Positions 14,394-28,996 of a DNA stretch of 64,000 nt are shown here, one piece after another. Numbering within the stretch: position 1 is the first letter of the stretch; the number at the start of each line of letters is the position of its first letter. The stretch covers positions 7,669,122-7,733,121 of the forward strand of contig NC_134030.1 of NCBI RefSeq assembly GCF_964204645.1, read 5' to 3'. Source of the DNA: Tubulanus polymorphus. Taxonomy: Eukaryota > Animalia > Nemertea. The notes beneath the pieces are model-generated. The model ran no database searches, was not told the origin of the DNA, and saw nothing but the letters and a program-made list of their open reading frames with translations. A program made the position numbers and the translations under genes.

Positions 14394-15238
14394 GTTATAA
14401 GAGAAGAGTCCAGATGATAAGTGATCTTTGTTTTATATTAATCCCTGATGTAAATCGTTCTGTCGCACGGGTCAGGTTTCTAACTGTCTCCTGTCTTTAC
14501 TAATGAACCGGTCCTCCGATCACCAATAGTAAACACTCGTATTTTCATCTGCATTCAATTTTCGCGGGCGTTTCATTTTCATTAAAGGTTGAATTCGACA
14601 ATTTAAAAGAAGGGATTATCGAGCGAAGTAGCCATTCCTGAGTCTTGATTAGTGTTTGACTATGAACTTTCGTTTTTAAGCGAGAATCGAAGAACAGGAT
14701 TGCGCAAATTTCGCACGAATGTTTAAGATCGGACACCGAAGTGCCGGAGAAAGATAATGATGATGTTACCGTGATTCGGGCGCACACATGGACCGGTTCC
14801 CACACCGGTTTAACTCATGTGTGCGCGCGTCGACGTACGCGGAATTGAACAAAACCGTCTTCAGTCGAACAATCAGACCATTATGGGTAAAATTACATCA
14901 ATGGTCTTAGAGAAATCGATGGTAAAAGTCGGCGGAAAAGCTGATTAATTACCTTCCCGAGGTTCCTTTTCGCGACTGTTTCGACTTCATTAGGTACCGT
15001 TTTAGACTTATGTTACCAGACGTATCAGTTTTTTGAGTGCGACGATTGTCGAGGATGAATCGCGTGCGGTTTTTGCGTCGAGTGTCGTCGTTGACTGCAA
15101 ATTGTTTCGTTTTTGTGATTGAAACATGTAGCGCTTTAAAATAAGAACTACGGCAAAGGAAAAATCTTGAGAATTCCCGCTGAAGCCATTCCTACTCAGG
15201 GGTTCATGATGCATTTTTACTGCTAGATGCAAGTATCA

Positions 15239-15492
15239 CAGAGCTGCCAACTGTTCCTGATTTACAGTATCTTTTACTATTTTATGATAAAAAGTACTTA
15301 TTTTATTTGTTTGATACGTACAGAAATATAAAAGATGTTACTAAAGGTCTTACTGTTGATGAGAGAAAGTGTTCGAAATAATCAGTAATGATTACTGATT
15401 AATTTGAACATTTTCTTTCATATTTCAATGAAATGTTACTGAAAAAAATTCAATTTGTTACTGGTAGCACTTTTCAGTGGTTGGCAGCCTTT
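15239..15492 (+). mobile_element. MITE family C
   Basis: Starts cagagctgccaactgttcctg and ends ggttggcagcctt (TIR pair). Interior matches the 10935 and 50370 copies. Confidence 0.9.
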
Positions 15493-15559
15493 ATCAAATT
15501 GATTAATCAGTTTCATATTTTCAAATTAACTAACAATAATTCAACTGATGAATTATGAA

Positions 15560-15880
15560 CACGGTCCATTATTTTCGGCTAGAGGAATCAATGTTTCAAC
15601 CGTTGATTCTCAAAATTGAATGGGTTGAAGAAACTTTGCAGTTGCTCGATATCGATGATTTTCAATGATATCGATGATTTATTTCTTCATGGCTTCAAGT
15701 AAGAAACCGAATTATGACTTACGAGTTAATTTCAAATGACGACCACTGTCCAGTTTTTATTCTCGGCTAAATAAGTACATCTCAATGTTTCGAACCTAGA
15801 ATCCAATTCTAGTGGGTGTAATTAGACTTCGTAGTTGGTCAATATCGATGATTTTCAGCAATAATTTATTTTTCTCCGCT
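15560..15880. repeat. Old diverged tandem duplication, ~190-bp period
   Basis: The motif series tcggcta...tcaatgtttc...atatcgatgattttca occurs at ~15575-15664 and again at ~15763-15857. Confidence 0.7.
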
Positions 15881-16629
15881 GCAAGTGAAACGCATCTATC
15901 CAGTTTCCTAGAGATGATATGTTTAAATTCTTTTTTCGAAGTTGACTGAGCCATAACTCCTCCAGTCGAGGAATTAATCCTTCGAATCGCTTTTCTTTTC
16001 CCCGAAGATATCTGAAAGCGGCAGTCGTCGCCTAAGACCCTTTCATTCAGAATTTTCACGGCGTGGGTGTATCGCTACAAATGAGGAAGCACTTTCAGAT
16101 TAATTATTCGGGAAGTCCGCACGGCTCATTTTTGCAGCAAAATGAAAATGTTACATAAATATATCTGGGAAACACGTTTTTCAAAATAACGGAAATCCTT
16201 AATGGAGCGCCCTAGTTGTGGTCTTTGTTATTCGGCAGTGTGTGGGAACGTTAGGTAATTATCTAGTAGCGATTATTTATCAGGTACAATGCAGTACCAG
16301 TATCAGGATGTGAATCATTAAGCATCAATTCCTGTCAGACGTGTATGTATAATGTAGATAAGTGAACGCTGACATTTCACCTGGGGACCACCTCAACATC
16401 GATGACGTTGCAGTTCCTCAAACCTCGATATGCGGTAAACCAGGCCCATAGCCAGCAGACCTCTCACTCTCGAGTATCTGAAAAGGTAATTAAGATATGA
16501 AGATATGCTTTGAGCGAGTTTCAGCATTTTCAATATACGTTATTATTCTTATCTGTTGATGAAATATGGTGGATGCAATACTGCTGAATTATGATTAGTT
16601 ACTGATGATAACTTGCTTTTTCTCAAGGA

Positions 16630-17002
16630 CTTAATCAGGTGTGGATTTTGGTGGTGGCCCAAATCTGGCCTTGAACTTACTGTTCACACGGGTGCCAAAT
16701 GGGCCCGAGCCTATTCTCAATGATCTATCTAGCCTATTTGGCCCGACCAAAAACGTCGGACCAAGCCCAAGCCAAATTAATTTTTAGCACAGGACGAATG
16801 ATGGTGTTTGAATTGCAACTTGTGACCGGAAATGACCCACTTCGCTTTGTTTGAGCATTGTTTAGTATCGAGTGAATGGTTTGTGTGTTAACGCGCTCTC
16901 TTATTAGGCGCGGACCAAATTTGGCTCGGCCTGCTATTCGTGCAAATTTGGCCCAGTCCAAATCATCTCCGCGTGATTGCGGCTATCCTCGTGATTGCGG
17001 CT
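16630..17002 (-). mobile_element. MITE family A, longest copy, with duplicated terminus
   Basis: Has the family core tgttcacacgggtgccaaatgggccc, and the terminal cgtgattgcggctatc occurs twice in tandem (~16972-17005). Left boundary is approximate. Confidence 0.85.
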
Positions 17003-17029
17003 ATCAAAACCACTTGTGAGCAGGTAGTC

Positions 17030-17084
17030 AATTCAGTACTGGGCTCTGATTAAGGTAATTCAGTACTGGGCTCTTGATTAAGGT
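17030..17084. repeat. ~27-bp tandem duplication
   Basis: aattcagtactgggctct(t)gattaaggt occurs twice. Confidence 0.9.
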
Positions 17085-17456
17085 TTCTTCAACTGTCGTT
17101 TTAGACTGAGGAACATGTTTTCTTCTAGTGTTGGTAAATTTCAAGACGTCATTTTGAGATGGTCCATGTATGACGACTCGATGTTGATTTTTTACCGGTA
17201 TTCACTTTTACGGCCTCGGTAGGTCGTGAGAACGACGAAACCTTTTAATGAAAACCAAGGTACTGAAAACATTGCATCCGGATAAATCTCGATGATATAT
17301 TCAACATTCCACGGGTCAAAGAAACACCTCGGATAAAACAACACCGATTGTCTGCCTGCTCAGTGCCATGAAAACAAATATAACATCGTGGACTGCCAGA
17401 CTTACAGATAAACTATTGTGATAATTATGGATGCATATATGCATATATATGGATGC

Positions 17457-17459
<3 letters not shown>

Positions 17460-17489
<30 letters not shown>
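17460..17489. repeat. (AT)n microsatellite
   Basis: Uninterrupted AT/TA run. Confidence 0.98.
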
Positions 17490-17492
<3 letters not shown>

Positions 17493-19897
17493 CCTCATTC
17501 AGAATTGGGTTTTTCAGAAAAGGAAACACTTCGGTGAAAGCTATGATAATCTGTCTTTTTTTTCCGCGATATGCAGGTTCGTGTCGAGTCATTCCTTTTT
17601 ATAGTTCGTCTCTGTTTGATATTTTGTCCTTTGGTCAATACCCTCATATGGTTTATGATATATTGAGTGAAGATAAATTCCTGATTATACATTTTCCATA
17701 ACAGTCCACCTACGAATAATAAGTGGATGATGCATTTCATAAAAAGTATGTTAAGTTGCTATTACAAACTTGACATTGTCAATTATCGTCTAAGCTCGGA
17801 ATTGGGCGAGTAACACCTTACCTAGAAAACACTCGGCTGCACTTTTCTAGCTCGTAATGTTTTTTTGGGGCTCGTTAAATCGGGTGAAGATAAACAATAC
17901 GCGTAATTAACTTGTGATTGAAAAACTTGTAGCGATTTTTATTACAGTTTACGATGACGTTTTCCGCTCGCGTGATATTCTCGGGGTCCGCGGGGTGGCT
18001 GTAAAAATGAAAAATACCTTCCTGTTATTCGCGTAGCAACAAGTAGTAGATAGAATTTATAACGTTTGTTATGAAATTTTTTGACGAGAAAAAATTCCCA
18101 GCGTGCGCGCGGTTTTATGCTGGTTGAGGCGGGCGTGATGTGGATTTCGTAACGACGTTAAACGACATCGTACGATTTCGCAATAAGTATATCGCTGATT
18201 CATCTATAATGACGGTGAACTCGGTTTGTACCTATCTCGGTAATTTTCCGATTCGCGGGGACGATATTAAAAAATGCGGCGTGCAGATATAAACACGCCG
18301 GCGCAGGGGAGGTTCACACGACATCGAATCGGGGTAATTAGTCTGCGGCGCAATCCTCTCGCTATTCCCGACGTTGACCTCGAAGGTTAATTTGTCAATC
18401 GGTTTCGCATTCTCAATCGAAACAATGGCCGTGTTGCTAAGGAACACCTGTCGATACGAATAAATACCTGTCGATTCGGATTAACGTTCCTGAAACGCGG
18501 GTGGCGCTAGTTTATCTCCTATCATCGTAATAGTCGACTTCGATCAAAAACTCTGAACGAATTTACGTTCTCCGTGTACGGATTTCATCCGATGCGCCGC
18601 CTAATCAAGCGATCTCGTTTTGCGATCTCGTTTTTAGGTGAATTCATTATTCGACGTAAACATTTCGGTCGGTGAAAATATTTGATCAGTGGTTATGAAA
18701 ACAGCGATAGTAAAAGGCTTACCGGCTGTGATGATTCTGCATTTAATGAATATCGATTAGAAAATACCCTTTAGAATCTGCTTGAATATTCTAAGAAACT
18801 CTTCCATAGGAAACTGTTCCGAACTCAACTGTTGCTTCCACGTTATGGTTAAGACGACTAGCTGAATATTTATTCACGCCTTGAAAAATAACACATTTAT
18901 TGCTTAATATTGTCAACAATAGATAGTATAATGTAAAATAAATGATATTAAGGAACAAAGAAATTATTTTGGATTTGAATATCAATAATTAAATTGAAAT
19001 GAACGGTACCCAATATATTGATGGCGTAGTGCACATCGTCTAATAATTATTAAGATTTCTAAATAAAGAAATAGGAGTTCTGAAATATATTTAATTACAA
19101 AATAAATGCCAAAATTCACAATTGTAATTGTTTTTTTAAAATGCCAATATTGATGATGTAGGGAACATCAATTGCACAGAACCCCTTAGATAATGCATAG
19201 AAGGTATTAATGTGTATAAACATTATTGTAACGGTTTTTACGGCATGAAAAAAGTGCTTGTATTTGTGAAAAATCCGATGTTGACTGTTCCACCAGTGTA
19301 AATTAAGTTGTAAATCTTACAGTTGAAATAAGTTCATTTATTTAACCTTTGAGTCCGAAATTGCCTGCTGAGTTATGATTGTCGGTGCAGAACATTCATC
19401 TTGAAGACAAAATGAAATTCAACCCTTAGTGAACTGTCGCCAATCGGCAGACTTGTCGGCTTTTTGCAACGATGAAATTAGCTGTTGTTTTTATTCGGTT
19501 ATCAATCGAAGTGCGATAAGCTAGGTGATAAGCTACGAAGTGTAGTCAGCATCGTGTCTGAACGGCCAATTAATCTATTTCACCGATGACGTCTTTCAAC
19601 CTTGGTTACGATCACGAAAACACATAAGGGATATCGATGTCGCGAGATAGGATCTCATATTTTCTTATCGATTCGGGGGATGATCTCGATATTTTGAATT
19701 ATTATAGATCTAACCAGAAAAATAGATTTGTATTTCATTTCCTTTTTTAAGTTAACTGAGAAAATAGATTATACACTATATATCTAGGTGGATGGAGTGT
19801 TAGAGTTATCATGTCTTTTGAAAACAACCCCTACAAATCTCTAATTTAATGCCAAGAAATTATGATTCTAATGTTTTTATCTTATCACGCCATGCTA

Positions 19898-20094
19898 AGC
19901 CCAATGCACACGACTCATGGAAACATAAAAACACTGAATCACAGAATAGAACATGTTTGAATAGAACATCTTGGAAACGTTGGTCCCGAAACCATGTTTC
20001 TTGTTCCTTGTAAACACACCCGATCAAGTCGCACGCTCGGAAACATGATTCTTTCTCCTGTTTTGTTGTTTCCCTGTATCATGTTCGGTGGGCT
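19898..20094. mobile_element. MITE family B (PIF/Harbinger-like)
   Basis: Imperfect TIRs AGCCCAATGCACACGACTCATGGAAACA / TGTTTCCCTGTATCATGTTCGGTGGGCT, flanked by CTA and TTA. Related copy at 36862-37020. Confidence 0.75.
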
Positions 20095-21878
20095 TTATGC
20101 TTTGTATTGGCCAGGTGAACGCATTTCCTATTTCACGCTTCTCTGGGCTATGTATGACATTGATTTTCAAAGTAAGGCTTATCCGGTTTGATAGGGCCAA
20201 CTAGATATGGTCAAAACTGGGGATAAACGCTGTATCATCCTAGAGCGCTGGCCCTTTTTTGCAGTTTCGTCGTGCGGTCGTTCGAGTGAGTAATCAACAA
20301 CGGCCGTTACACGAGCGTCGGATCTTCGATTACCACCGCATCGTGAGCGGTGATCGTTCAAGTACGCCATTCAACAATCGGACAACAATGGCTACGCGAC
20401 GCGAACCTGATCATCATGGCGTCGCCGACAGAAGGTATCCGCTAGATCGCGGGCACCGGCGTCGTCTAAGGTGCACCACTCCAGTCGGCGGCGGGAACAA
20501 TCGTTCTCTGGGAGTTCGACATTTGGTCGTGGCATCTTGCTTTGAAAGAAACTCCGATCTTGAACAAGAAATGCGGAAGACTCTCGTTGAAATGAAAACT
20601 CGTCGTCATCGGCGGCGCGGAATCGGGGTCAACTCCGAGTATCTACAATTCATTTATTATTTACCTCCAGTCGCTCGGTTTACAAAAGATGAAATTCGAT
20701 TTGATTTGACTCGAATCGAAGGTAGAATCGCGGTCAACGACGCTTGAAATCTGATCACGTTTCCGAATGCGACAGATAAGTGTATATCGCGCCAGTACGC
20801 GAATGTCTTTCAAGAACGAAAATTCTATTATCGACTTTGTACCGGGTTGCAGACTTGAAATTTGTTATTCTTATCGAAATTTGTTAACAAGCATAGCCTT
20901 ACAGTCGATTCTGGAAGATTGGGCTGTAAAAAAACCCCAAAAAATTCTGCTTATCTCCTTCTGTTTTCATTTTTCCAGACTTGGAGCCATTGTTAATGTG
21001 GTCATGATTATGAAAGAAAATTTTTTTCAACGAAGAATTTCTATAAAATCATATTGATACTGCAGCACAACTGCGGTACAACTTTTGTTGTTAGATCAGT
21101 TAGTCCGGAATCCTGGTCAGGAAACTGAGATAAGTCCGGAATGACTTACATGGATTCACAAGAACTCAAACCCAGCAGCTCTGTTGTGAGTCAAAACCCT
21201 AGCCGACCTAGCCCTGAATATGGGAATTTTATTCATTTGTCACGTAATGATAATTATTTAGTTGATTCAAATTAGAATTTTCCATTTATTTTTCCTTGTT
21301 CTATTGTGCTTGGTATAGTCGGATAACGGAATTCATCTTCACATGGATGTATCTGGAAGCTTGGCCTAGTAGAGGTTCTTCTCTGGCCTCCGGTGATGTG
21401 GTGGTCACGGGAGGTTTATCAAGTAAGATGCAGATTTCTTTCTTGTCTCGGTTCGAAATTACTATTCGAATCGTACGTCATGATACCATGATTCTCAAAT
21501 TTCAGGAAATATCTCAAAAAGGAACTAATCACTGGCTTTAAGTACTTTCCGATATCGAAATGGTTCTCAAATGTTGAGTCGATGGGAACGGATGTTGAAG
21601 GGCGTAGTTTTTGCGGAGGACGTATAAAATTGTTCGTTTCGGACTCTTCACGGCGTAAATCATCAAAATATCATCAAATCGAGAATAAGAAGGAGAAATT
21701 CGAATTGCAACGTGAAGTACGCGCTAGGTATAACGACTATAAAGGTTAATAGTGCTTCAGGAAAGATGCGAAGTTCGCTTGGAGTAGAAACTTCAATTAC
21801 AAACGAACGATGTCATTAACTATTTAAACAACTTTGTCGCCGGAGCCGCTGCTGTACCGTCTTCGAGCGAGAAACCGA

Positions 21879-21899
21879 TGACGACGACGACGACGACGA
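21879..21899. repeat. (GAC)n microsatellite
   Basis: gacgacgacgacgacgacga run inside a CpG-rich block. Confidence 0.9.
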
Positions 21900-24800
21900 G
21901 ACCGATCTTTCAAATCACGACACGACAAGCTGATTTTAACCTAGAAATAAAAACAACTGTTTTAAACTCTCCTCAAGAGTCGAATTGCGCGCGAAGACGA
22001 CGATGAAATCGCCCGACGACAATGAACGTTCGCGTCGGCGTTGAAATTGCCGAAGATATCATCTTCCTAAATTCAGAGCCGGCCAGGTATAATCAGGTTG
22101 TTTAAATGCATGCACTTGATATTTCGTGTGTCAGCCGAGGACATTTTCATCATTATTTCCAGGCTGAAATATCCGTCGCGTTGATCGTTATGTAAATGAG
22201 TATTAAGTATTCGGAATCGACTTCAAACGGCGAATGCTCATAAACTGAAACACCGCGGATGCGTGCGTCTGTAACGTTTTATGCCTTGTGTGAGGACGCT
22301 GGTTTGTGAGACCAGCAAAAATCTTCATTTTGCTGCAGAATGGAAGAGAATAGGAAGTGGGAGTGAATTCCATCTCCTTGGTCATCATTTAGAATCCTAC
22401 ACTAATATAACTAGAAAGATGGAATCCGAAAGGATCCCATTCAATTGATAATTTGTTGATTTGATGCTTTGAATAGAACCTGATAGTCATCTTCAGGAAT
22501 ACTGAGTTAACAAAAATATGACATATTTATATATGCCAATTGAATTGACATGGTTCTAGATATTGGCTTCTTGAATTGATATATGGTCACGTAGTTGGTT
22601 TGAACGAAATTTGATCAACTACTTGAGTTTTGATTCTGATTTAGATTCAAACGATAGGTGACAAGCAGTCGAAAGTAAAAAGGCGCTGACAACTGCACAC
22701 GTTCGCCATACAAAGACCGTTCGAATTGTCTGCGAAATTTTATAGCCATCCAATTGAGAAAAACTTCATCAATCCAACAACCGAACATTCGAAAAATCAA
22801 TTTACCTGAATAATTGGCTCACGAAGGCGAGTTTATTGTCACGAGATGTAGTGTTTAATAAAGTCTACGTGACAAAAGGCGACTTCATTTGAAGCCGAGT
22901 CCAGGACTTATTCGTCCTCTACTGGGGCACTCGACCGGTGCTTATACCCGCTGTTGTTCACAGGTGTCGCCATCGGTGTTTTGTGTTGAAGTGGTAGGTG
23001 GGTGGACAAAGAAATTAAGCGCCAAGTGGCTATTTCCATCAGGAAGAGTTTTTGAGCGCATCGGTCGATTCGAGCTTTTTTCTATGCCAGGCACAGCCAC
23101 GGAATAGGCAGATGCTCATTTGAATTCTATCTTGCCAACGAACTTTTAAAATTGATTCGCAGTGACTGTTCATGATTGAAATGACTAAGGAGTATAGGCC
23201 TAGTACGAAAGACATATATCTTGGATATAACTGAGATATAACTTTCTATTTTTCGAAGAAAAGATCCTTCATTGAAAACTTTTTAAAATCCAATTGCACT
23301 TAATTGCCCATTGACAACGGACACTTGCGCTTCAAAGACACGAAGGATGTACAAAATTTGCATACTTCCTTAAGCCGTAACGATCCTTTTATTGCGAGGC
23401 ACAAAACCCGAACCGCCGGATGATGTGATATGTACTTATATGTGAAACCATTGTTACAAATTCTTTTTGAACGTTGCCATCTTTGATAATATAAGCCACA
23501 TGGCGAGAAAATGTGGTATATTTTTATCGGCCATTTGGCAGCCACAATGAACATTTGGACACGCGTCGACAGCGACAGAGGGGATATTTTAATATACGTA
23601 TTATTAATCACTTCATGCCCCGGCACAAGATTAATACCTTCTTAGTGCGCAGAAAAGGTGACTTACTTGCATCTGCCAGGATCTAAAAAAGTTGTTGGCT
23701 ATCGAGATTCTTTTAGTATATGTTTGGGTCTATCATCCTAATATCTTCGAATGGGCTATTGCCAGGTATGGTAGGCTTAAGCATTGATTTCTTCAGCTAC
23801 ACATGGCCTATTAACGATGACGAATTTGACAGCACCTAGCAATAAATGCTGGGTCTGGAGCGGTCCAAGGCAACGGCGGCCGAGTTAATGTTTTGTCTCC
23901 GTGTCCGGTAGCAGTGGCACAGATGTCGAATCAGGCCTCACCTGAAGTGAGCGTGAAGAATAAACTGTTGTTAAACTCCCGGAGAGCGCGGCGCGACGCG
24001 CGTTTGACCGCCATTCACGTTCGTTTAGGCGTGAAATTTGAATAGACGTGTTTCACGTTGCGATTTGGCATGGCCGGAAGGCGTGATTCCGCCACGTGTC
24101 GAGCCTTTCACCGGCGTACCCGCTCACCTACCGTTACCTGCTACAAACAACGCACCCATTAGGTGCTCGGCGCGGATTTCTTTTTTTCTCATCCTGTAGC
24201 GTTCGCGATGCAGTGATTTTTATAAGTTAATTGGATTTTTCATGGAAAAAACACCCGGCATCTGTCACCTTTGCGATTGTCAAAAGACGAGGCGTGCGAC
24301 ATGCTGCAAAAACTAGGTTAACCATTAGGGTGAAGGTTCTGATTTATGACAAAACACAGCGATCGGAGTGTATTTTACACTCCGCCATCTTGTTTCCCTT
24401 AACTAGTCCTTAAATACAACTTAATCCATTTCTTCGACTTAATCTAGAGACTTGGATATATGTATAAGTTAAAAAAGTTGCAAGGAAAAAAACTCAAGGT
24501 TAGGGTTCTGGATTAGGATACTGAGGGATAACTTTGATTTTCCGATTTTGCGTGTCAACAAACCTGTCACGCTCCCAGATAACTGCAGCAGCCCCCGGGC
24601 TCCTCCGTTTAATGCAAATAAAGCATTTTAAAGCGGTCTGATGACGAAGCCGTTAATGACATACTTTTACGTATTAAACGAGTGGTGATTGTTGGAGTTG
24701 TTAACGGATCAATTCAAGAAGCGGGGTAATCTTCGTCGGAATCGTACCTTGTTATCCGTACGAGAGAGATAGAGAGCGCGAGGGGGTTTTCCGATGTTCA

Positions 24801-26938
24801 AAGCGCTAGGTATAGCTCGTGGACATCGTGGTAGTAAATCCACATGAAGGGTGTTAACGCCGTGACAAGGTACGCCTGACAGGCGACGAGATGCAGTCTT
24901 ACTCGTTATGAAAGGGATTAGATCCGTCTAACAAGGTATGCCGTCAGGCAATCTCGCCCAATCGTCATAACGGAGACAAGTTTTTAAGAATTTCATCATT
25001 GAGGATTAGAAATTGAATGCGTATTATATCTCGATGAAAATTCCCAAGCTTGAAGGCTTTAAATGACTGAAAGTATATTTCAATTCATAGTGTCCAAAAG
25101 CTTATTATAGAGCCAATATCTAAGCTGGATTCTCAGTGCTTTTTTGGTGACTAAATCAAGGCTCGGATAAGTTTTCTGTAAATGTGTCACTGAGCATCAT
25201 TTTGTTTACATGGTCAATGTAATAGGGAGCCGCACTGGTCCGATTGGCTGAGTTTGTCCAATTCCAAGTAACTTATCATTGAATAATGAAATTGTTATTG
25301 AAATGACAATGAAACAAGTAGCTTCAATTGGTGAACGTTTTCGATGATGACTTTTCTACTACATGTACCTGCTTGAGACTTTCATTCAACTGCCTTGTCA
25401 AAGAGATATGTCGAAGGTTTTACACGTGATAGACAGTGTATAACATCCTTTTAAGGCAGTATATACTGACTGTAATACGACTTACTTCCACGTTGATAAA
25501 AACAGGTTCTGGCTCGAAAAGTCTCGATCTGACAATATAGATTGATGGTTGCGCTCTCTGGATCATTGTCGAGGTGCTGAGAACCCAATCAACGACACAA
25601 TAGACACAATCGTCCATCTACTCTAATCCTTTCAAATCTGGCCAATTCGCACATTGTTCGTTCATAAAGACAAAATACGATCCCTGGCCTCTTAATCCGC
25701 TGGTTCCCATTTAACTTCAGCACCGGCACCTTAAATTAATGTGTTGAATCTAGAGTTCGAAGAATGTTTGGGTTTCAGATTAACGAATCTTTTATGATTT
25801 GGATTTTTTTCAATCAAAGGGGTTTTGTTCTCGATAGCGTTGTTCGGCTGAGGTATAATTATTTTAAGAAGTTTCGTCCTTTGTGAATGCTGTACACCCA
25901 CGTGTACTCGATATATCCATCCAATACATTATGTGTCAAATGTTCAATTCTGAATGCAACTGAATTAAGTTGAAAATGAAATGTATTTTCACATATCTTT
26001 TTTTCATTCAGATTTTGCCTGGGTACCATCATATCATACTCTATAAAGCGGTAACATAATAATTCACCCGGTAAATATCCGCCCTAGGTAAGAATCCTGG
26101 TAGAAATCCCCCCAAATTTGGTTTCACAGCAAAATTCAACAAAATACTTCAATATCTTTATGTTATAAAACTTAAATAGTTTTCAAAAATTTCAAATACT
26201 CTTTGGTGTTTTTCACAATATTCACCTAATCTGTGACAAAGCTATACATGCATAAAAAATGACATCCAATCAATCAGCGCCTGTAAATTGTGGCTAAATA
26301 AGCACTGTGATTTACTGGAAATCACAGATTTAAGTTCCAGGAAAGTCTCGATGCAATTATTGAAATATGTTCAGCCGACAACTGTATCTTCTTGCCCGGG
26401 TGTTGAATGACTTTTTTGTAGTCATCTGCAGCTACGATAAACTATCTAGGATAATCTAGGTAGGTTCTAGATCGAAGGAGAAAGATATAAAATGAGCTTG
26501 TTTAGGGCTCAATTGTCAGTATTTCGATACGCACACAGATGTGTTCTATTGAGTCAACGTGAAAACACATGCTGAATAATCGCTAGTCAATTGTGTATTG
26601 ATTTCTCCGGTATCTCTTGTAGCGTTGGGAGTTTGATGTGCATCTCTTTATTAGGTAGTATTTATCAGAGGCAGGAGTTTCCACGCTCCAGCTATAGCCG
26701 GAGCAGGTAACCCCTCCGTTTCATGCTGTGCGCAGACGTCCATCAATCTTGTCTTGACTATGAAGGTAAAATTTAGTTTCTTTCATCATTTAACTATATG
26801 TCTACTTACCTTATGACTAGTCTTAGTCTTAGTTGGTACTCTGTTTTAGGATATCATGATCAAATTACTCTTAGTGTTAGTAAAGATAGCTACATCAAGT
26901 TTCACTTGACATGCAGTCAATGTGCAGTCATTGACTAT

Positions 26939-27195
26939 AGCCGCGATTGAGCTGATTTGGCCCGTATCAGACACGAGTCAAATTTGGTCTGTGCCTAACT
27001 AGAGAGCATATCCACATGTATATACATCTCTTACACGAAAAATGCTGCGACAAGCGAGGTGAGTTACTTCCAGAACCGGTTAGAATTCACGTAGAATGAT
27101 GTGACCCACACTGGAATCGGGCCAAATTTTAATTGCCCATGTGGCAACAGTGTGAATGGTTGGCGCAGACCAAAAATGCTCATGTAGCCGTGGCT
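26939..27195 (+). mobile_element. MITE family A, diverged copy
   Basis: Starts agccgcgatt and ends tagccgtggct. The interior caaatttggtctgtgcctaactagagag is similar to the reverse complement of the 16630 and 53938 copy interiors. Confidence 0.75.
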
Positions 27196-28875
27196 TTGAA
27201 AAGACATTTCCAGACCTTAGCTCCGGAATTTCATGAATTATCTTTCATTTTCATGGATTTTAATGAAACAGTCAACAGTGAAGCCCTTGATCATCCTGTT
27301 GATTCACGATTTTCATATCTGGGCAATGTGGCTGTTTTTGTTTATCAATCGCAATATTTGATGAGCAATTGAAAACCGGTTGATTCTTGGTCAACGTGGT
27401 TGATGGTTTAAAACCTGTTCGGTTTCGCGGTGGTCTTGGTCACAGTTTGTTTGCTGGTTCAATACTACAGCACGCTCTCCTGCACAACACGGCGCACACA
27501 CACACTCGCACGTAGATTTAGCTGTCGCCATAATAAACAATCAACATGCCTCACCTCAATTGTAACAGATGGACCGATTGAATGTTGAACGTATCAAAAG
27601 TTACAATATTTGTCAATATGTCAATCTACATGTTTCACTGCGATGAGTGCTAGAATTGACACGCAGATTGGCCGCCAAGCTTCTTCGAAATGACTTCCTA
27701 TATATTCCTATATTGTTTGTTTGCGATGATCGATTAGAAATACTGTAAGAAAAGTTTAAGCTTTTCTCAGTATCTCCTCGTACATAGCATAATTGATGGT
27801 AAACTCCTGATCGCTTATGAAATAAATAGATGATTTCCGTGTCTATCCCGCCCTAAAATGAAACAAGCCCCTGAACCCTATACATGTCATTCAGGTCCAC
27901 TGATACAGTACTGATCAGAATCGCTTTGATGTTAGGATATTGGGCTGATAATTACAATCCACTATCCACCTGTAAATGCATATGACATTTTTTAATCTGG
28001 ATTTTTCATTAATCGGGTTAATTTTTATAGGTTACGAAGCATCCTGATTAAGCGGGCCATTTTTCCTAAGAACTATAGCAGTGGTTAACTATGTACTTAC
28101 GTTTGTATGTTCGCGTATGGATTTTGTACTGCTTTCTACAGGTGGTCTGAAAAACAGGTGGTTATTAAACCGAGCAGGTGCAGTACTCGAATGAAAAACT
28201 TCGATTACGCGCTATTGTTTCGCCTAAATTCCACCTGGATTTCATTAAATTTCAGCCACGTAGTCGTTGGCGTCGGGGCGGGCGACGATTACATTTCATA
28301 TCGATATGACGACGCACAATAATACAGGACGATATAATGTGACAATGATGTTGATTGTGTTTGGACTGGATCAAGTTTTTCATTAGATTTTCAGTTTCGA
28401 CTGACGAGCGAGCAAGTGCGCGCACGTGTGTGCTTCATATGAACTGATCGTATTTATTGATAAATCATATTTTCTACCTGGCTGAATAATAACTGCTATT
28501 TCGCTATTCATATGTGGTATCAGTTTATCCGCGCCCGATGCTGGTTGTGATAGAAGCTGTTCATTATGATGAACGAACAAAAAAGTAAGCATCTTCTTTG
28601 TCATGGAATAATGATACGCTATCAAGGTCAGACATGTTATCGAAGAAATTGTTTAAATTCAACTAATCTTCATTTAATGAATACATCTAGAATATCATGA
28701 ATATCATTAATTTCTTATTAAACTGCTGGTCTTTTACTGGGTCCAATCCAGGTCTTTCCACCTTTTTGTTGGAGAGATGTATGTAAAATCCTATTGAATC
28801 GGCTATCAGGCTAATTCCGGTAGAGAGTGACGCAACGAGGATAAATGTCGTACCTAGTGATGCTTATGGTACCAT

Positions 28876-28996
28876 AGCCGCGATCATGTGGAGACAATTT
28901 GCCCTGGGTCAAACAAGCATGGGCCCATTTGGCACCTATTGAGCGGTTGGCTTAGGTCTAATCTGGTAAGGCCAAAACAGTTATGTAGTCGCGGCT
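28876..28996 (+). mobile_element. MITE family A, 121-bp internally deleted copy
   Basis: TIRs AGCCGCGAT / GTCGCGGCT, core gcatgggcccatttggcacc, flanks CAT and TAT. Confidence 0.85.

Noticed and set aside
20259-20747. 162-aa ORF (ATG at ~20387 in good context)
   Set aside because: It is Arg-rich as expected from a CpG-dense block, with no recognisable domain or clear splice boundaries. It cannot be supported without RNA data.
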